Shown here in pieces: positions 1-11,790 of a stretch of 64,000 nt of DNA. The notes below the pieces were generated by a model. The model saw nothing but the letters and a program-made list of their open reading frames with translations, ran no database searches and was not told the DNA's origin. A program made the position numbers and the translations under genes. This stretch comes from Escherichia coli (GTDB taxonomy: Bacteria; Pseudomonadota; Gammaproteobacteria; Enterobacterales; Enterobacteriaceae): assembly GCF_002854065.1 (NCBI RefSeq), contig NZ_CP024147.1; one strand, given 5' to 3'. Position 1 is the first letter of the stretch, and every line of letters starts with the position of its first letter.

Positions 1-1
1 T

Positions 2-1369
2 ATTGATGGTCTGGGCGGTTTGTTCCTCGCCATTCTTGGTGTGATTGGCTTTCTCACCGGTGTTTACTCGATTGGCTACATGCGTCATGAAGTGGCACAC
101 GGCGAGCTTTCACCCGTTACGCTGTGCGATTACTACGGTTTCTTCCATCTGTTTTTGTTCACCATGCTGCTGGTTGTTACCAGCAATAACCTGATTGTGA
201 TGTGGGCGGCGATCGAAGCCACCACCTTAAGCTCGGCGTTTCTGGTAGGCATTTACGGTCAGCGTTCATCGCTGGAAGCAGCATGGAAGTACATCATTAT
301 TTGTACTGTTGGTGTCGCTTTTGGTCTGTTCGGTACCGTGCTGGTATACGCCAACGCCGCCAGCGTTATGCCGCAGGCAGAAATGGCGATATTCTGGAGC
401 GAGGTTCTTAAGCAATCGTCCTTGCTTGACCCAACATTAATGCTGTTGGCCTTTGTGTTTGTGCTAATTGGCTTTGGCACTAAAACCGGGCTATTCCCCA
501 TGCACGCCTGGCTGCCAGATGCTCACAGTGAAGCGCCGAGTCCGGTCAGCGCCCTGCTCTCCGCCGTATTGCTGAACTGCGCGCTGTTGGTGCTTATTCG
601 CTATTACATCATTATTTGCCAGGCCATCGGCAGCGATTTCCCCAACCGGTTATTGCTCATCTTCGGCATGTTGTCGGTTGCCGTGGCGGCATTTTTCATT
701 CTGGTACAGCGGGACATTAAGCGTCTGCTGGCGTACTCCAGCGTGGAGAACATGGGACTGGTCGCGGTGGCGTTAGGCATTGGCGGGCCGCTGGGAATTT
801 TTGCCGCGCTGCTGCACACCTTAAACCACAGTCTGGCAAAAACGCTGCTGTTCTGCGGTTCCGGCAATGTACTGCTCAAGTACGGCACACGCGATCTCAA
901 CGTCGTCTGTGGGATGCTCAAAATCATGCCATTTACCGCCGTGCTGTTTGGCGGCGGTGCGCTGGCGCTGGCAGGGATGCCGCCCTTCAACATTTTTCTT
1001 AGCGAATTTATGACCGTTACCGCCGGACTGGCACGTAATCATCTGCTGATTATCGTCCTGCTGTTATTGCTGTTAACGCTGGTGCTGGCGGGCCTGGTAC
1101 GGATGGCTGCGCGGGTGTTAATGGCGAAACCGCCGCAGGCCGTTAACCGGGGTGATCTCGGCTGGTTGACCACCTCGCCAATGGTGATTCTGCTGGTCAT
1201 GATGCTGGCGATGGGAACGCATATTCCACAACCTGTCATCAGGATCCTGGCGGGCGCTTCCACTATAGTCCTCTCAGGGACGCACGACCTGCCTGCACAA
1301 CGTAGCACCTGGCATGATTTTTTGCCTTCAGGCACCGCATCTGTTTCGGAGAAACACAGTGAACGTTAA
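2..1369 (+). CDS. hyfF: Hydrogenase-4 membrane subunit HyfF (NuoL/M/N-like antiporter subunit), 5'-truncated by window edge
   Basis: Open frame from the window start, 449 aa of polytopic membrane protein; followed by the hyfGHIJR-focB gene order. Confidence 0.85.
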   Translation: MDGLGGLFLAILGVIGFLTGVYSIGYMRHEVAHGELSPVTLCDYYGFFHLFLFTMLLVVTSNNLIVMWAAIEATTLSSAFLVGIYGQRSSLEAAWKYIIICTVGVAFGLFGTVLVYANAASVMPQAEMAIFWSEVLKQSSLLDPTLMLLAFVFVLIGFGTKTGLFPMHAWLPDAHSEAPSPVSALLSAVLLNCALLVLIRYYIIICQAIGSDFPNRLLLIFGMLSVAVAAFFILVQRDIKRLLAYSSVENMGLVAVALGIGGPLGIFAALLHTLNHSLAKTLLFCGSGNVLLKYGTRDLNVVCGMLKIMPFTAVLFGGGALALAGMPPFNIFLSEFMTVTAGLARNHLLIIVLLLLLLTLVLAGLVRMAARVLMAKPPQAVNRGDLGWLTTSPMVILLVMMLAMGTHIPQPVIRILAGASTIVLSGTHDLPAQRSTWHDFLPSGTASVSEKHSER

Positions 1370-3074
1370 TTCATCGTCAAATCGTGGCGAAGCGATTCTC
1401 GCCGCCCTGAAAACGCAGTTCCCCGGCGCGGTGCTGGATGAAGAGCGACAAACGCCTGAACAGGTCACCATTACGGTGAAAATCAATCTGCTGCCTGACG
1501 TTGTACAGTATCTTTATTATCAACATGATGGCTGGCTTCCGGTCCTGTTTGGCAACGACGAGCGGACACTTAACGGTCATTACGCGGTTTATTATGCCCT
1601 TTCTATGGAAGGGGCCGAAAAATGCTGGATCGTGGTGAAGGCACTGGTCGATGCCGACAGTCGGGAGTTTCCGTCAGTCACACCGCGCGTCCCTGCCGCG
1701 GTCTGGGGCGAGCGAGAAATTCGCGATATGTACGGGCTGATTCCGGTTGGCCTGCCGGATCAGCGTCGCCTGGTGTTGCCCGATGACTGGCCGGAAGATA
1801 TGCATCCGCTGCGCAAAGATGCGATGGATTATCGACTGCGCCCTGAACCGACGACTGATTCCGAAACGTATCCGTTTATCAATAAGGGCAACAGCGATGC
1901 GCGGGTGATCCCTGTCGGCCCGCTGCATATCACCTCCGATGAACCGGGTCACTTCCGCTTGTTTGTGGATGGCGAGCAAATTGTCGATGCTGATTACCGC
2001 CTGTTTTATGTCCATCGCGGCATGGAGAAACTGGCAGAAACGCGGATGGGCTACAACGAAGTGACCTTCTTATCGGACCGCGTGTGTGGGATTTGCGGTT
2101 TTGCCCACAGTGTGGCCTATACCAACTCGGTTGAAAATGCACTGAGGATTGAGGTGCCGCAACGAGCGCATACCATTCGCTCGATTCTGCTGGAAGTCGA
2201 ACGGTTACACAGTCATTTGCTCAACCTTGGCCTCTCCTGCCATTTTGTTGGTTTTGATACCGGCTTTATGCAATTTTTCCGCGTGCGGGAAAAGTCGATG
2301 ACAATGGCGGAATTGCTGACCGGGTCGCGTAAAACCTACGGTCTGAATCTGATTGGTGGTGTTCGCCGCGATATTCTCAAAGAGCAACGTCTGCAAACGC
2401 TGAAACTGGTGCGCGAGATGCGCGCCGACGTGTCGGAGCTGGTAGAAATGCTGCTTGCCACGCCGAATATGGAACAACGCACTCAGGGCATTGGCATTCT
2501 CGACCGACAAATCGCCCGTGATTATAGCCCTGTAGGGCCGCTGATCCGCGGCAGTGGTTTTGCCCGTGATTTGCGCTTTGATCACCCCTACGCCGACTAC
2601 GGCAATATTCCAAAAACACTGTTTACCTTCACCGGCGGCGATGTTTTCTCCCGCGTGATGGTCCGTGTCAAAGAGACGTTTGATTCGCTGGCAATGCTGG
2701 AATTTGCTCTCGACAACATGCCGGATACCCCACTGCTGACCGAAGGCTTTAGCTATAAACCTCACGCATTCGCGCTCGGCTTTGTTGAAGCGCCACGCGG
2801 TGAAGACGTGCACTGGAGCATGCTCGGTGATAACCAAAAATTGTTCCGCTGGCGCTGTCGTGCCGCCACCTACGCCAACTGGCCGGTGCTGCGTTACATG
2901 CTACGCGGCAATACCGTTTCTGACGCACCGCTGATTATCGGTAGCCTTGATCCCTGCTACTCCTGTACCGACCGTGTGACGCTGGTTGATGTGCGCAAGC
3001 GCCAGTCAAAAACCGTGCCGTATAAAGAGATCGAACGCTACGGCATTGATCGTAACCGTTCGCCGCTGAAGTAA
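1359..3074 (+). CDS. hyfG: Hydrogenase-4 large (NiFe) subunit HyfG
   Basis: ORF 1314..3074; likely GTG start at 1359 preceded by GGAG; N-terminal RxC...C and C-terminal DPCxxC Ni-Fe ligand motifs ([17 protein letters not shown]); start position uncertain. Confidence 0.85.
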   Translation: MNVNSSSNRGEAILAALKTQFPGAVLDEERQTPEQVTITVKINLLPDVVQYLYYQHDGWLPVLFGNDERTLNGHYAVYYALSMEGAEKCWIVVKALVDADSREFPSVTPRVPAAVWGEREIRDMYGLIPVGLPDQRRLVLPDDWPEDMHPLRKDAMDYRLRPEPTTDSETYPFINKGNSDARVIPVGPLHITSDEPGHFRLFVDGEQIVDADYRLFYVHRGMEKLAETRMGYNEVTFLSDRVCGICGFAHSVAYTNSVENALRIEVPQRAHTIRSILLEVERLHSHLLNLGLSCHFVGFDTGFMQFFRVREKSMTMAELLTGSRKTYGLNLIGGVRRDILKEQRLQTLKLVREMRADVSELVEMLLATPNMEQRTQGIGILDRQIARDYSPVGPLIRGSGFARDLRFDHPYADYGNIPKTLFTFTGGDVFSRVMVRVKETFDSLAMLEFALDNMPDTPLLTEGFSYKPHAFALGFVEAPRGEDVHWSMLGDNQKLFRWRCRAATYANWPVLRYMLRGNTVSDAPLIIGSLDPCYSCTDRVTLVDVRKRQSKTVPYKEIERYGIDRNRSPLK

Positions 3075-3083
3075 GGACAGAAG

Positions 3084-3629
3084 ATGCTGAAGTTACTGAA
3101 AACTATTATGCGCGCCGGAACCGCGACGGTGAAATATCCCTTCGCGCCACTGGAGGTCAGCCCAGGCTTTCGCGGGAAACCGGACCTGATGCCCAGCCAA
3201 TGTATTGCCTGCGGTGCCTGCGCCTGTGCTTGTCCGGCAAATGCGCTGACTATCCAGACCGACGACCAGCAAAATTCGCGCACCTGGCAGCTCTATCTGG
3301 GGCGTTGTATTTACTGCGGACGTTGTGAAGAAGTGTGCCCGACCAGAGCCATCCAGCTTACCAATAACTTTGAACTGACCGTCACCAATAAAGCCGATCT
3401 CTATACCCGCGCGACGTTCCATCTACAACGTTGCAGCCGTTGCGAACGCCCGTTTGCCCCGCAAAAAACCGTCGCACTGGCTGCTGAATTGTTGGCACAG
3501 CAACAAAATGCGCCACAAAACCGCGAAATGTTGCGGGCGCAAGCGAGCGTCTGCCCGGAGTGCAAACAACGCGCGACGCTGATCAACGACGATACAGATG
3601 TACCGCTGGTGGCTAAGGAGCAGCTATGA
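3084..3629 (+). CDS. hyfH: Hydrogenase-4 ferredoxin-type subunit HyfH (2x[4Fe-4S])
   Basis: 181 aa with two CxxCxxCxxxCP motifs; SD AAGGA upstream. Confidence 0.9.
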   Translation: MLKLLKTIMRAGTATVKYPFAPLEVSPGFRGKPDLMPSQCIACGACACACPANALTIQTDDQQNSRTWQLYLGRCIYCGRCEEVCPTRAIQLTNNFELTVTNKADLYTRATFHLQRCSRCERPFAPQKTVALAAELLAQQQNAPQNREMLRAQASVCPECKQRATLINDDTDVPLVAKEQL

Positions 3630-4384
3630 GTCCAGTGCTTACACAACATGTCAGCCAGCCCATCACGCTAGACGAGCAAACGCAAAAGATGAAGCGGCAT
3701 TTGCTACAGGATATCCGTCGCTCAGCCTACGTTTATCGCGTCGATTGCGGCGGCTGCAACGCCTGTGAAATCGAAATTTTTGCCGCCATCACACCAGTAT
3801 TCGACGCAGAACGTTTTGGCATTAAGGTTGTTTCATCACCGCGTCACGCCGATATTTTGTTATTTACTGGCGCAGTCACCCGGGCGATGCGTATGCCTGC
3901 ACTTCGGGCGTATGAGTCTGCCCCCGATCATAAAATCTGTGTTTCCTACGGCGCGTGCGGTGTCGGCGGCGGTATTTTCCACGATCTCTACAGCGTCTGG
4001 GGCGGCAGCGACACCATTGTCCCCATTGATGTTTGGATCCCCGGCTGCCCGCCAACACCGGCCGCCACCATTCACGGTTTCGCCGTGGCGCTCGGTTTGC
4101 TGCAACAGAAGATTCACGCGGTGGATTATCGCGATCCCACCGGGGTGACTATGCAACCGCTGTGGCCGCAGATCCCGCCATCACAGCGTATCGCCGTTGA
4201 GCGAGAAGCGCGGCGGCTGGCGGGCTATCGTCAGGGGCGAGAAATTTGCGATCGTCTCCTGCGCCATTTAAGCGATGATCCTACAGGAAATCGGGTTAAC
4301 ACCTGGTTGCGCGAAGCCGACGATCCGCGTCTCAATAGTATCGTTCAGCAACTCTTTCGCGTACTCCGGGGGTTACATGACTGA
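3626..4384 (+). CDS. hyfI: Hydrogenase-4 small subunit HyfI (NuoB-like)
   Basis: 252 aa; start overlaps hyfH stop (ATGA); CGGC..GCPP motifs. Confidence 0.9.
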   Translation: MSPVLTQHVSQPITLDEQTQKMKRHLLQDIRRSAYVYRVDCGGCNACEIEIFAAITPVFDAERFGIKVVSSPRHADILLFTGAVTRAMRMPALRAYESAPDHKICVSYGACGVGGGIFHDLYSVWGGSDTIVPIDVWIPGCPPTPAATIHGFAVALGLLQQKIHAVDYRDPTGVTMQPLWPQIPPSQRIAVEREARRLAGYRQGREICDRLLRHLSDDPTGNRVNTWLREADDPRLNSIVQQLFRVLRGLHD

Positions 4385-4790
4385 AGAGTGCGGGGAAATT
4401 GTTTTCTGGACGCTGCGAAAAAAGTTTGTCGCCAGTAGCGACGAGATGCCGGAACACAGCTCTCAGGTAATGTATTACTCACTGGCTATCGGTCATCACG
4501 TTGGCGTGATTGATTGTCTGAATGTCGCCTTCCGCTGCCCACTGACGGAATACGAAGATTGGCTTGCACTGGTCGAAGAGGAGCAAGCCCGACGTAAGAT
4601 GCTGGGGGTGATGACTTTTGGTGAGATTGTTATTGACACCAGCCACACCGCCCTGTTGACCCGGGCATTCGCGCCACTGGCGGATGACGCGACGTCTGTG
4701 TGGCAGGCGCGTAGCATTCAATTCATTCATCTGTTGGATGAAATTGTGCAGGAACCGGCCATCTATCTGATGGCCAGAAAAATTGCGTGA
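4377..4790 (+). CDS. hyfJ: Hydrogenase-4 component HyfJ (HycH-like maturation factor)
   Basis: ATG at 4377 overlapping hyfI stop gives 137 aa ([11 protein letters not shown]...); the longer 171 aa ORF is a read-through extension. Confidence 0.85.
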   Translation: MTEECGEIVFWTLRKKFVASSDEMPEHSSQVMYYSLAIGHHVGVIDCLNVAFRCPLTEYEDWLALVEEEQARRKMLGVMTFGEIVIDTSHTALLTRAFAPLADDATSVWQARSIQFIHLLDEIVQEPAIYLMARKIA

Positions 4791-4819
4791 GAAGGATTTC
4801 TCATTAATAAGGACTGTTG

Positions 4820-6832
4820 ATGGCTATGTCAGACGAGGCGATGTTTGCCCCGCCACAAGGAATAACAATTGAAGCGGTAAACGGAATGCTCGCGGAGCGG
4901 TTAGCACAGAAACACGGCAAGGCGTCTTTATTACGCGCCTTCATCCCGCTGCCGCCGCCGTTCAGCCCGGTACAACTTATTGAACTGCATGTTCTCAAAA
5001 GCAACTTCTATTACCGCTACCATGATGATGGCAGCGATGTGACGGCAACAGTAGAGTATCAGGGCGAGATGGTCGATTATTCGCGTCACGCCGTCCTTCT
5101 CGGCAGTAGAGGAATGGCGGAGCTACGCTTTATACGTACCCACGGCAGCCGTTTTACTCCCCAGGATTGCACACTGTTTAACTGGCTGGCACGCATTATC
5201 ACCCCGGTTCTGCAATCATGGCTCAATGATGAAGAACAACAGGTGGCGCTGCGTTTGCTGAAGAAAGATTGCGATCATCATCGGGTACTGGTGGATATCA
5301 CTAATGCAGTGCTGTCACATCTTGATCTCGACGATCTGATCGCTGACGTCGCTCGTGAGATCCATCATTTTTTCGGTCTGGCTTCAGTCAGTATGGTACT
5401 GGGCGATCATCGAAAGAACGAGAAGTTCAGCCTGTGGTGCAGCGATCTTTCTGCCTCACATTGTGCGTGTCTGCCACGCAATATGCCTGGCGACAGTGTA
5501 TTGCTGACACAAACGCTACAAACCCGACAACCGACCTTGACGCACCGTGCAGACGATCTGTTTCTCTGGCAACGCGACCCGTTATTACACTTACTTGCAT
5601 CTAACGGCTGCGAATCTGCGCTCCTTATACCGCTTACCTTTGGCAACCATACACCGGGTGCATTGTTGCTGGCGCATACCTCTTCCACTCTCTTTAGTGA
5701 GGAAAACTGCCAGCTACTACAACACATAGCCGATCGCATCGCTATTGCCGTTGGCAATGCCGATGCCTGGCGTAGCATGACCGATTTGCAGGAAAGTTTG
5801 CAGCAAGAAAACCACCAGCTTAGCGAGCAGCTCCTTTCGAATCTGGGCGTCGGTGACATTATCTATCAAAGCCAGGCAATGGAAGACCTGCTCCAGCAGG
5901 TAGATATTGTGGCGAGGAGCGACAGTACGGTGTTGATTTGCGGTGAAACCGGAACTGGCAAAGAGGTGATCGCCAGAGCGATCCATCAACTTAGCCCGCG
6001 ACGCGACAAGCCGCTGGTCAAAATCAACTGCGCTGCCATCCCCGCCAGTCTTCTGGAAAGTGAGTTATTCGGTCATGACAAAGGGGCGTTTACTGGTGCG
6101 ATTAATACCCATCGTGGTCGTTTTGAAATTGCCGATGGCGGCACGTTGTTTCTCGATGAAATTGGCGATCTGCCGTTAGAACTTCAGCCTAAACTGCTGC
6201 GCGTATTGCAGGAGCGGGAGATTGAGCGTCTCGGCGGGAGTAGAACGATCCCGGTGAATGTCAGAGTCATTGCCGCCACCAACCGTGATTTGTGGCAAAT
6301 GGTTGAAGATCGCCAGTTTCGCAGCGATCTCTTTTATCGCCTGAATGTCTTCCCACTGGAATTGCCGCCGCTACGCGACCGTCCGGAAGATATCCCTCTT
6401 TTAGCAAAACATTTCACGCAAAAAATGGCGCGCCATATGAATCGCGCAATTGACGCCATCCCGACCGAGGCACTACGCCAGTTGATGTCGTGGGATTGGC
6501 CGGGCAACGTGCGCGAGCTGGAAAACGTGATTGAGCGGGCGGTACTGCTGACTCGCGGTAACAGTCTGAATTTACATCTAAATGTCCGACAAAGCCGTTT
6601 ACTGCCGACGCTAAATGAAGATTCAGCGCTTCGCAGTTCAATGGCGCAGTTGCTGCACCCGACGACGCCAGAGAATGACGAAGAAGAACGTCAGCGCATT
6701 GTTCAGGTATTGCGAGAAACCAATGGCATTGTTGCCGGGCCCCGTGGCGCGGCGACACGATTAGGGATGAAGCGCACCACGCTGCTGTCACGAATGCAGC
6801 GTCTGGGGATCTCGGTTCGCGAGGTGTTGTAA
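4820..6832 (+). CDS. hyfR: Sigma-54-dependent transcriptional activator HyfR (FhlA-like)
   Basis: 670 aa from second Met; AAA+ sigma-54 interaction motifs ([14 protein letters not shown]) and C-terminal HTH. Confidence 0.9.
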   Translation: MAMSDEAMFAPPQGITIEAVNGMLAERLAQKHGKASLLRAFIPLPPPFSPVQLIELHVLKSNFYYRYHDDGSDVTATVEYQGEMVDYSRHAVLLGSRGMAELRFIRTHGSRFTPQDCTLFNWLARIITPVLQSWLNDEEQQVALRLLKKDCDHHRVLVDITNAVLSHLDLDDLIADVAREIHHFFGLASVSMVLGDHRKNEKFSLWCSDLSASHCACLPRNMPGDSVLLTQTLQTRQPTLTHRADDLFLWQRDPLLHLLASNGCESALLIPLTFGNHTPGALLLAHTSSTLFSEENCQLLQHIADRIAIAVGNADAWRSMTDLQESLQQENHQLSEQLLSNLGVGDIIYQSQAMEDLLQQVDIVARSDSTVLICGETGTGKEVIARAIHQLSPRRDKPLVKINCAAIPASLLESELFGHDKGAFTGAINTHRGRFEIADGGTLFLDEIGDLPLELQPKLLRVLQEREIERLGGSRTIPVNVRVIAATNRDLWQMVEDRQFRSDLFYRLNVFPLELPPLRDRPEDIPLLAKHFTQKMARHMNRAIDAIPTEALRQLMSWDWPGNVRELENVIERAVLLTRGNSLNLHLNVRQSRLLPTLNEDSALRSSMAQLLHPTTPENDEEERQRIVQVLRETNGIVAGPRGAATRLGMKRTTLLSRMQRLGISVREVL

Positions 6833-6853
6833 TCTGCTTTTGCAGGAGTATGC

Positions 6854-7702
6854 ATGAGAAATAAACTCTCTTTCGACTTGCAGTTGAGCGCCAGAAAAGC
6901 GGCAATCGCTGAACGGATTGCCGCCCATAAAATTGCCCGCAGTAAAGTGTCGGTCTTTTTAATGGCGATGTCCGCTGGCGTGTTTATGGCGATTGGATTT
7001 ACTTTTTACCTTTCCGTTATCGCCGATGCCCCGTCTTCACAGGCATTAACCCATCTGGTGGGCGGCCTTTGCTTTACACTCGGCTTTATTTTGCTGGCGG
7101 TTTGCGGCACCAGCCTGTTCACCTCGTCGGTAATGACGGTGATGGCAAAAAGTCGGGGCGTTATTAGTTGGCGAACTTGGCTGATTAACGCACTTCTGGT
7201 GGCCTGCGGTAATCTGGCAGGTATTGCCTGTTTCAGTTTGTTAATCTGGTTTTCCGGGCTGGTGATGAGTGAAAACGCGATGTGGGGAGTCGCGGTTTTA
7301 CACTGCGCCGAGGGCAAAATGCATCATACATTTACTGAATCTGTCAGCCTCGGCATTATGTGCAATCTGATGGTTTGCCTGGCGCTGTGGATGAGTTATT
7401 GCGGGCGTTCGTTATGCGACAAAATCGTCGCCATGATTTTGCCCATCACCCTGTTTGTCGCCAGTGGCTTTGAGCACTGTATCGCCAATTTGTTTGTGAT
7501 TCCGTTCGCCATTGCCATTCGCCATTTCGCCCCTACCTCCTTCTGGCAACTGGCGCACAGTAGCGCAGACAATTTTCCGGCACTGACGGTAAGCCATTTT
7601 ATTACCGCCAATCTGCTCCCGGTGATGCTGGGTAATATTATCGGCGGTGCAGTGCTGGTGAGTATGTGTTATCGGGCTATTTATTTACGTCAGGAATCCT
7701 GA
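6854..7702 (+). CDS. focB: Formate channel FocB (FNT family)
   Basis: 282 aa polytopic membrane protein directly after hyfR. Confidence 0.9.
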   Translation: MRNKLSFDLQLSARKAAIAERIAAHKIARSKVSVFLMAMSAGVFMAIGFTFYLSVIADAPSSQALTHLVGGLCFTLGFILLAVCGTSLFTSSVMTVMAKSRGVISWRTWLINALLVACGNLAGIACFSLLIWFSGLVMSENAMWGVAVLHCAEGKMHHTFTESVSLGIMCNLMVCLALWMSYCGRSLCDKIVAMILPITLFVASGFEHCIANLFVIPFAIAIRHFAPTSFWQLAHSSADNFPALTVSHFITANLLPVMLGNIIGGAVLVSMCYRAIYLRQES

Positions 7703-7739
7703 AAAATCAGCCCGGCGAAACAGTTCGTCGGGCTGAAGA

Positions 7740-8801
7740 TTATTCTTGCGCTATTTGCCCATCGGGCCAGGCGTGGATCACGGCTTTGATCAGCGTCGCC
7801 AGTGGAATGGCGAAGAATACGCCCCAGAATCCCCACAAACCACCGAAGATCACCACCGATAAAATAATCACCAGCGGATGCAGGTTAACCGCTTCGGAGA
7901 ACAACACCGGTACTAACAGGTTGCCGTCCAGCGCCTGAATAATCAGATACACTGCGAAGCAGCTCCAGAATTCCGTGCCTGCACCAAACTGGAATAGCGC
8001 CACGCCAACCACCGGAATGGTCACCACAAATGCGCCAATGTACGGAATAAGTACCGAGAAGCCGACCAGCACCGCCAGCAGCAGCGAATAGTTCAGCCCA
8101 AAGAGCAAGAACCCCAGCCAGGTGGCGATCCCCACCACGATCATCTCCAGCACTTTGCCGCGGATATAGTTGGTGATTTGTTGATTCATCTCCTTCCACA
8201 CCTGTCCTGCCAGTCCACGGTTACGCGGCAGCACCCGGCGAACGGCATTCAGCATCTGCTCTTTGTCTTTCAGCAGGAAGAAGACCATCAATGGCACCAG
8301 CACCAGATAGACAGCTATGGTCAGCAAACCGACCAGCGAGGCGAGGGAAATTTTCACCACCGAATCGCCCATGGTCAGCATCCGACTGCGCATATTTTCG
8401 GCCATTGCATCAATAATGCCCGCATCCATTAACGCCGGATAGCGGCGCGGCAACGTGGCGGCAAAGTCAGAAAGCTTATTGAGCATCCCCGGCATATCGC
8501 GGATTAAGTAGATGCCCTGTTGCCAGGCGATAGGCAGTACCACGAACGCCATCAGTAGCAATATACCGACAAAAACCACCAATACAATCGACGTCGCCCA
8601 GCGGCGGGAGCAGCCAATAGATTGCAGGCGCACGGTTGGCCATTCCAGCAAATAGGCCAGCACAATAGCCACCAGCAACGGAGCAAGCAGGCCACTAAAG
8701 AAAAAGATAATGCCAAATCCGGCAACTAAAATAACCAGCAAGGCAATCGCTTCCGGGTCGCTAAAACGGCGGCGATACCATTGCATCAACATTTCGAGCA
8801 T
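7740..8801 (-). CDS. perM: Putative permease PerM (YfgO; AI-2E transporter family)
   Basis: 353 aa membrane protein, convergent with focB. Confidence 0.85.
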   Translation of the reverse strand: MLEMLMQWYRRRFSDPEAIALLVILVAGFGIIFFFSGLLAPLLVAIVLAYLLEWPTVRLQSIGCSRRWATSIVLVVFVGILLLMAFVVLPIAWQQGIYLIRDMPGMLNKLSDFAATLPRRYPALMDAGIIDAMAENMRSRMLTMGDSVVKISLASLVGLLTIAVYLVLVPLMVFFLLKDKEQMLNAVRRVLPRNRGLAGQVWKEMNQQITNYIRGKVLEMIVVGIATWLGFLLFGLNYSLLLAVLVGFSVLIPYIGAFVVTIPVVGVALFQFGAGTEFWSCFAVYLIIQALDGNLLVPVLFSEAVNLHPLVIILSVVIFGGLWGFWGVFFAIPLATLIKAVIHAWPDGQIAQE

Positions 8802-8954
8802 AAAGACCTTCCCTGAACCTCAAGAGCGGGATTGCGATCCGCAATTGTATCGAAATGTCACAAAAAAGACTTCGCTTTTTATGACGGATTCAGGAAACTG
8901 AAAAGTCATTTGAGTGGGCTAATCTTCGCCGTTACACTCAAAGGCGGCGCGGTG

Positions 8955-8982
8955 GGAACGATATTTCACAGTATCGGTCAAA
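8955..8982 (+). promoter_or_regulatory. Sigma-E-type promoter upstream of bepA (-35 GGAACG, 16 nt spacer, -10 TCAAA)
   Basis: GGAAC at 8955-8959 and TCAAA at 8978-8982, about 30 nt upstream of the bepA ATG; bepA is a known sigma-E regulon member. Confidence 0.5.
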
Positions 8983-9013
8983 TGACTATCTTCAGAAATA
9001 CAGGATAGAGGTT

Positions 9014-10477
9014 ATGTTCAGGCAGTTGAAAAAAAACCTGGTTGCAACCCTCATTGCTGCTATGACCATTGGTCAGGTAGCCCCGGCGTTTGCCGACAGC
9101 GCAGACACCTTGCCGGATATGGGAACCTCCGCAGGAAGCACGCTTTCCATTGGTCAGGAAATGCAGATGGGCGACTATTATGTCCGCCAGTTACGCGGCA
9201 GCGCGCCGTTAATTAATGACCCGCTGTTAACGCAATATATTAATTCGCTGGGGATGCGTCTGGTTTCGCATGCCAATTCGGTTAAGACACCGTTTCATTT
9301 CTTTCTGATCAACAACGACGAAATTAACGCCTTTGCTTTCTTTGGCGGCAACGTGGTGCTGCACTCTGCCCTGTTCCGTTATTCCGATAACGAAAGTCAA
9401 CTGGCTTCAGTTATGGCGCACGAAATCTCCCACGTCACCCAACGTCACCTGGCGCGAGCGATGGAAGATCAGCAGCGCAGCGCGCCGCTGACCTGGGTCG
9501 GCGCGTTAGGTTCTATTTTACTGGCGATGGCCAGTCCGCAGGCGGGGATGGCGGCGCTGACCGGTACACTGGCGGGAACGCGCCAGGGGATGATCAGTTT
9601 CACCCAGCAAAATGAACAGGAAGCGGACCGCATTGGTATTCAGGTGCTGCAACGCTCAGGATTCGATCCGCAGGCGATGCCGACCTTCCTCGAAAAATTA
9701 CTCGATCAGGCGCGTTACTCCTCCCGTCCGCCGGAAATTTTATTGACTCACCCGTTGCCGGAAAGTCGTCTGGCAGATGCCCGCAACCGTGCTAATCAGA
9801 TGCGCCCGATGGTGGTGCAGTCGTCGGAAGATTTCTATCTGGCGAAAGCGCGCACACTGGGGATGTATAATTCCGGACGTAACCAGCTCACCAGTGATTT
9901 GCTGGATGAATGGGCGAAAGGAAACGTTCGTCAGCAACGAGCGGCGCAATATGGTCGTGCTTTACAGGCGATGGAAGCCAATAAATACGACGAGGCGCGA
10001 AAAACGCTGCAACCGTTACTGGCGGCAGAACCTGGCAACGCATGGTATCTCGATCTGGCTACCGATATCGATCTTGGGCAAAACAAAGCCAATGAGGCGA
10101 TCAATCGCCTGAAAAATGCCCGTGATTTGCGCACCAATCCGGTGTTGCAGCTCAACCTGGCAAACGCTTATCTGCATGGCGGTCAACCACAAGAAGCGGC
10201 CAATATTCTCAATCGCTACACTTTTAACAATAAAGATGACAGCAACGGCTGGGATTTACTGGCACAGGCGGAAGCCGCGCTAAATAACCGCGATCAGGAA
10301 CTGGCTGCGCGAGCAGAAGGTTATGCGCTCGCCGGGCGACTCGATCAGGCCATTTCGCTGTTGAGTAGCGCCAGTTCGCAGGTGAAATTAGGCAGCCTGC
10401 AACAAGCGCGTTACGATGCGCGCATCGACCAGTTGCGCCAGCTGCAGGAACGCTTTAAGCCTTATACCAAGATGTAA
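9014..10477 (+). CDS. bepA: Periplasmic beta-barrel assembly-enhancing protease BepA (YfgC), M48 metalloprotease with TPR domain
   Basis: 487 aa; signal peptide; HEISH zinc motif; TPR-like C-terminal region. Confidence 0.9.
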   Translation: MFRQLKKNLVATLIAAMTIGQVAPAFADSADTLPDMGTSAGSTLSIGQEMQMGDYYVRQLRGSAPLINDPLLTQYINSLGMRLVSHANSVKTPFHFFLINNDEINAFAFFGGNVVLHSALFRYSDNESQLASVMAHEISHVTQRHLARAMEDQQRSAPLTWVGALGSILLAMASPQAGMAALTGTLAGTRQGMISFTQQNEQEADRIGIQVLQRSGFDPQAMPTFLEKLLDQARYSSRPPEILLTHPLPESRLADARNRANQMRPMVVQSSEDFYLAKARTLGMYNSGRNQLTSDLLDEWAKGNVRQQRAAQYGRALQAMEANKYDEARKTLQPLLAAEPGNAWYLDLATDIDLGQNKANEAINRLKNARDLRTNPVLQLNLANAYLHGGQPQEAANILNRYTFNNKDDSNGWDLLAQAEAALNNRDQELAARAEGYALAGRLDQAISLLSSASSQVKLGSLQQARYDARIDQLRQLQERFKPYTKM

Positions 10478-10497
10478 TTCGCATTAAAGGAAGAACA

Positions 10498-10857
10498 ATG
10501 ACCAAACAGGTAAAAATCTACCATAACCCACGCTGTTCAAAGAGCCGGGAAACGCTGAACCTGCTGAAAGAAAACGGCGTGGAGCCAGAAGTGGTGCTCT
10601 ACCTTGAGACACCCGCCGATGCGGCAACGCTGCGCGATTTGCTGAAAATGCTGGGGATGAATAGCGCCCGTGAATTGATGCGCCAGAAAGAGGATCTTTA
10701 TAAAGAACTGAACCTGGCTGACAGTTCGCTTAGCGAAGAGGCGCTGATTCAGGCAATGGTGGATAATCCGAAGCTAATGGAGCGCCCGATTGTGGTCGCG
10801 AATGGCAAAGCGCGGATTGGTCGTCCACCGGAGCAGGTACTGGAAATCGTGGGTTAA
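10498..10857 (+). CDS. yfgD: ArsC-family reductase-like protein YfgD
   Basis: 119 aa, N-terminal conserved Cys (NPRCSKSR). Confidence 0.85.
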   Translation: MTKQVKIYHNPRCSKSRETLNLLKENGVEPEVVLYLETPADAATLRDLLKMLGMNSARELMRQKEDLYKELNLADSSLSEEALIQAMVDNPKLMERPIVVANGKARIGRPPEQVLEIVG

Positions 10858-10886
10858 GATGTGCTCCATCGCTAGTTGAAGCACAT

Positions 10887-10981
10887 TGCCGGATGCGACG
10901 CTTGCCACGTCTTATCCGGCCTACGAATATTATGGATTAACTTCGCGTAGTTCGGATAAGGCGTTCGCGCCGCATCCGACA
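10887..10981. repeat. REP (repetitive extragenic palindrome) pair / BIME
   Basis: Inverted GCCGGATGCG...CTTATCCGGCCTAC-type REP units between yfgD and hda. Confidence 0.8.
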
Positions 10982-10994
10982 ATAAACACCTTAT

Positions 10995-11696
10995 CTACAA
11001 CTTCAGAATTTCTTTCACAAACGGAATGGTCAGCTTACGTTGCGCGGTAATCGACGCACGATCCAACTGATCCAACGTCATAAATAGCGTGCGCATTTCT
11101 CTGTCGAGCCGCTTCAGCAAGAAACGCCCAACATCTTCCGGCAGTTCAAAACCACGCAAACGCGCGCGTAACTGTAGCGCCTGCAACTTATCTTCATCAG
11201 AAAGTGGCTGCAATTTGTAGATCTGCCCCCAGTCGAGTCGCGACGCGAGATCCGGTAATCCCAGATTCAACTGCCGCGGTGGACGATCGCCGGTGATCAA
11301 CAACCGTGTTTTGCCCGATTCCAGAATTCGATTGTAGAGATCGAAAATCGCCATCTCCCACAACTCATCGCCTGCAATACACTCAATGTTGTCGATACAG
11401 ACCAGCGACAAATGCTCCATACCGTCGAGCACTTCCGGAACAAACCAGGTGCGTTTATCCAGCGGGACATAGCCCACCGCATCGCCACGCTGCGACAATT
11501 CCGCGCAAGCCGCGTGCAGCAGATGGCTGCGCCCCGCGCCTTCGCGTGCCCAGAGATAGATGTAACCGCTATGTTCCTGACGCAGCACGTTTTGCAGCGC
11601 GGCCAGTAAAGAGGAGTTATCCCCCGGCCAGAAACTTGCAAAGGTTTCGTCGTCAGGAAGATAAAGTGGCAAAGAGAGCTGTGCCGGTGTGTTCAG
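10995..11696 (-). CDS. hda: DnaA-inactivating protein Hda (RIDA factor)
   Basis: ATG-initiated ORF 10995..11741 (248 aa); the functional protein is reported to start at an internal CUG (here codon ending at 11696) giving 233 aa; AAA+ motifs present. Confidence 0.85.
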
Positions 11697-11790
11697 AGAT
11701 ACCTCAACCAGGATTTCACAAAATCGCGAGAAGTTTACCACAGAATCCCATGATGTTTGAACCGGGCAGCAACACTGCCCGGTCGGTACA

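Noticed and set aside
4275-4790. 171 aa ORF as the hyfJ coding sequence
   Set aside because: The upstream part lies inside hyfI in another frame; ATG at 4377 overlapping the hyfI stop gives the expected 137 aa product
8710-8901. 63 aa + strand ORF overlapping the perM start and the bepA upstream region
   Set aside because: It overlaps the perM 5' end on the opposite strand, has no RBS, and a low-complexity translation
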